Positions 61,277-64,000 of a DNA stretch of 64,000 nucleotides are shown piece after piece. The stretch's first letter is position 1, and each line of letters opens with the position of its first letter. The notes beneath the pieces are model-generated. The model did not search any database, was not told where the DNA came from, and saw nothing but the letters and a program-made list of their open reading frames with translations. Source of the stretch: Candidatus Poribacteria bacterium (GTDB lineage: Bacteria > Poribacteria > WGA-4E > WGA-3G). Position numbers and translations under genes: made by a program. The DNA lies in NCBI GenBank assembly GCA_965205025.1, contig CBDBFU010000013.1, positions 160,001 through 224,000 on the forward strand. The letters are read 5' to 3'.

Positions 61277-62710
61277 TCAATTCGTGGCTGCCAAAACCCT
61301 ATTGAATTTAGGTGGGTTATTATGACTTATATGTTCATGACTCCCTAAAAACTTTTCAACACCGCGCACAACTGCAGCAGCTATCTTCTGTTGATATGTT
61401 TCAGAAGTGAGCTTTTGTCCTTCAGAAGGGTTGGTAATAAACCCTGTTTCAATAAGAATTGCAGGAACAGTTGTTCCTATTAGAACAACAAAGCGTGCAT
61501 GTTTAACCCCGCGATCTGTAGCACCTGTGGCGTTGACCAATTCCTGTTGAACATGTTGTGCCAATCTACGGCTGTCTTTACTCTTACTCTCGACGATTAT
61601 ACCTTTTAAGAGCGATTCCAATTCTTGTATACTATATCCTGAGTATGTATTTTCTCGTGCTGCGATAAGTTCCGAATTCTTATCCGTACTTGTAACATCT
61701 AAATAATATGTCTCAATACCGTTAGCTTTCAAATTTTCACTTGCATTTGCATGAATACTCAAAAATAGGTCTGCTTTATGTTTTGTGGCAAATGCTGTAC
61801 GGTCTTTTAATTCAATAAATCGGTCGGTATCTCTCGTTAACAGAACGTTGTATCCTTTTGCCGATAACAATGCTCCAATTTTCTTTGAAATACTAAGCGC
61901 AATAGGTTTTTCTATTAGATTACCAGAACTGACGCCTCCAGGATCTTTACCACCGTGGCCAGCATCAATAACAATCGTTTTAGCCGTCAATCCGAATTCA
62001 CGAGTCAATGATTCAGGGGTTAATGTTTCTGGTTTGGAGGTAGTTGGGGCAGGTTTAGTTTGTGGCTTTGTCTTTTCTTGTGTTTTAATTGATTGTGCTG
62101 TAGGTTTGGGTTCTATCTTCTGTCCTTTTAGTTCTTTCAACTCTCTTGATGCAATAGTTACTACCTCTTTTGCGGATGCTGATTCAACGATGTCGACATA
62201 CAATGTTTCAGCACGGGTTTTATATCCATGTTGAACATACGATCTACCCAATTCCAACTTCGCTTCTGAGGCAACATCAGTATTTGCATATCGGTTAATT
62301 ACTATCTGGTAATGATGCACAGCACGGGCGGAATCCCCTACTAATGTATAGCAGCGACCTATCCAGTAATGCGCTTGAGGTAAATGCGTGGAGTCAGGAT
62401 AGGTATAAATTAATCTCCGAAAGGCTGAAATTGCCTTTTGTGGTGCTTCAGTATCTCCAGATTTAATACACCAAACCCAACTGGACGCAATAGCAAATTG
62501 CACATCATCAGCAGATTCATTCTTGGCATCAGTCTGAAGTAATTTCTCGAAATCAGAGATCAATGAATACCATTCATCAAGTGTTGTTTGTTTTTCTCCA
62601 CTTGTATAGGTGTAATGCTTATCAAGCAATTGATTATGTTGTGGCATGCTAACACAACCAAGGAAGCACAACATTAAAAGGGGTACCATACACAGAGAAT
62701 ACGATTTCAT
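61277..62710 (-). CDS. Lipoprotein with TPR (BamD-like) domain and N-acetylmuramoyl-L-alanine amidase (Amidase_3)
   Basis: FLGC lipobox; TPR-like helices; IDAGHGGKDPG, SIHANA, LIETGFITN. Confidence 0.9.
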   Translation of the reverse strand: MKSYSLCMVPLLMLCFLGCVSMPQHNQLLDKHYTYTSGEKQTTLDEWYSLISDFEKLLQTDAKNESADDVQFAIASSWVWCIKSGDTEAPQKAISAFRRLIYTYPDSTHLPQAHYWIGRCYTLVGDSARAVHHYQIVINRYANTDVASEAKLELGRSYVQHGYKTRAETLYVDIVESASAKEVVTIASRELKELKGQKIEPKPTAQSIKTQEKTKPQTKPAPTTSKPETLTPESLTREFGLTAKTIVIDAGHGGKDPGGVSSGNLIEKPIALSISKKIGALLSAKGYNVLLTRDTDRFIELKDRTAFATKHKADLFLSIHANASENLKANGIETYYLDVTSTDKNSELIAARENTYSGYSIQELESLLKGIIVESKSKDSRRLAQHVQQELVNATGATDRGVKHARFVVLIGTTVPAILIETGFITNPSEGQKLTSETYQQKIAAAVVRGVEKFLGSHEHISHNNPPKFNRVLAATN

Positions 62711-62974
62711 TCTTAAAACTCCTCTGCTTTCTTTTAAATTGACATAGCACAATTCAACCTTATGCTATGCAGATATAGAGAATCTTAATGTTTATTTTTA
62801 TTCTTGATTACCAAAGTATAAAACGATGAAGATGACATCTTCGTTACTAAATGCGAATTAATACCATTTCTATATGATAATATTGTTCACTGAAAAAACC
62901 TATTGAAAAACCTATTGAAAATGTTGTATAATAGTCGTTGCGACGAAACAAAACAGCACAAAACAACACAAAGC

Positions 62975-63006
62975 AAAAGTGACTGTCAGAAATGACAGTC
63001 ACTTTT
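62975..63006. terminator. Perfect 14-bp hairpin (terminator or operator) upstream of the TA genes
   Basis: AAAAGTGACTGTCA-GAAA-TGACAGTCACTTTT. Confidence 0.5.
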
Positions 63007-63066
63007 AATCGTACCAATAGTATCAAATTATATTTAATAAGGATATTATTCTATAAGGAGCATACA

Positions 63067-63378
63067 ATGGCTGCGAAAACGTACTTAATCCACAATAAAT
63101 TGTTTGATGAGACGTTTATTGCACATATTGAAAATAATGGTGCGGGTTGGGTCGGTTTAGTGCCAGACATACCAGAACTCAGGTGCTACGGTGATACTGT
63201 TGAAGCAGTTGAAAAAAAATTACCGGGCGAAGTCAATCAGGAGTTGATACGGGAAGAAGAAGCGTGGGAACGCTTATTGACTGACGCTGCCACGTCCGAA
63301 ACAATCGCAAAACTTGAAGCTCAAACCCAGCAAAACTACAATGAGGGGAAATACACTGAACTTGTCTGTCTATCATGA
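63067..63378 (+). CDS. HicB-like-fold antitoxin
   Basis: GWVGLVPDIPELRCYGDTVEAV; RBS AAGGAG; overlaps the toxin start (ATGA). Confidence 0.65.
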   Translation: MAAKTYLIHNKLFDETFIAHIENNGAGWVGLVPDIPELRCYGDTVEAVEKKLPGEVNQELIREEEAWERLLTDAATSETIAKLEAQTQQNYNEGKYTELVCLS

Positions 63379-63647
63379 ACAATCTTGATTTTCAACACGT
63401 TCAGGACAACAATTTTCATAATTTAGTCAATGCACTTCCAAGCAATGTACAATCTAAAGTTCTAAAACAATTTGAATATTTAATGACAATTGTTCTGCCC
63501 CCATCATTACGATTCAAAAAGGTGGCAGGACGATGGTCTATACGCATTGACCGAAACTACAGAGCTTTAGGAAAAGAAATTAACGGCACAAATTTATGGT
63601 ATTGGGTTGGTCATAAAAACGAGGTTGATAAAATCTTGAAATCGTGA
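63375..63647 (+). CDS. RelE/ParE-like toxin
   Basis: PSLRFKKVAGRWSIRIDRNYRALG...WYWVGH. Confidence 0.75.
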   Translation: MNNLDFQHVQDNNFHNLVNALPSNVQSKVLKQFEYLMTIVLPPSLRFKKVAGRWSIRIDRNYRALGKEINGTNLWYWVGHKNEVDKILKS

Positions 63648-63721
63648 CAGTAAAAAAATTTGTATACTAAACAACAATGCTTTAATAGTCTTGTATCAAC
63701 CAGTTTTAGAAGGAGAATATC

Positions 63722-64000
63722 ATGGATTTTAAGGATGGATACCCATTGACCTGTTTCGTGCACAATGAGTCTTTTGATGAAACCTATACAGCCTACATCC
63801 AAAAGAACGGCACCGGTTTTTTGGGGCATATTCCTGACTTCCCAGAAGTGGAATGTCCGGGGGATACTATTGAGTCTGTCAAAGCACAGCTGCACGATGC
63901 GCTTGACCAAGCCCTAAATGAGATTGAAGATGCTTGGGAAAAACAGTTTGAAGCAGATGTCAAAGAGGGACGCCTTGAACCGCTTGTGCAAAAAGCGAAG
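63722..64000 (+). CDS. Second HicB-like-fold antitoxin, 3'-truncated by the window edge
   Basis: Hand translation MDFKDGYPLTCFVHNESFDETYTAYIQKNGTGFLGHIPDFPEVECPGDTIESV...DAWEKQFEADVKEGRLEPLVQKAK; RBS AAGGAG; paralogous to 63067. Confidence 0.7.
   Translation, partial: MDFKDGYPLTCFVHNESFDETYTAYIQKNGTGFLGHIPDFPEVECPGDTIESVKAQLHDALDQALNEIEDAWEKQFEADVKEGRLEPLVQKAK

Overview
Bacterial DNA, most likely Candidatus Poribacteria. This is inferred from the large LRR/dockerin proteins ending in an 'LLxNYPNPFNPETWIPY...YWDGKN' secretion-type domain, the two DUF6785/6784-like membrane proteins and the dense intergenic repeats. Layout: (1) 1-10.4 kb, secreted LRR/dockerin proteins and an FGE-fold lipoprotein. 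(2) 10.8-28.1 kb, a type I R-M locus (hsdM-hsdS ... hsdR-YgjP-like) split by ~10 kb of probable defence cassettes: trypsin-like protease, HEPN-like protein, DUF6978/DUF1828-like pair, ABC-ATPase + PD-(D/E)XK, ABC-ATPase-TOPRIM, DUF4062. (3) 30.2-33.8 kb, an AT-rich module of a large helical protein, an unannotated 57-aa peptide (DNRSNQLNPNNDAYWKSRG) and a B12-binding radical SAM enzyme; this is the best candidate for an undescribed RiPP-like system. (4) 34-49.7 kb, metabolic genes and three MNT-HEPN fusions; seven +1 frameshifts in 44.6-49.2 kb are probably sequencing errors. (5) 49.8-54 kb, a probable metal-handling operon led by an RGPP-ending ORF. (6) Sulfatase, GHL10-like hydrolase, amidase and a TA array at the right end. 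Intergenic DNA carries REP-like hairpins, nested MITE-like elements and a ~35-nt covarying hairpin micro-element (8 copies). No rRNA, tRNA or CRISPR array was recognised. Family names come from motif recognition, not database searches.
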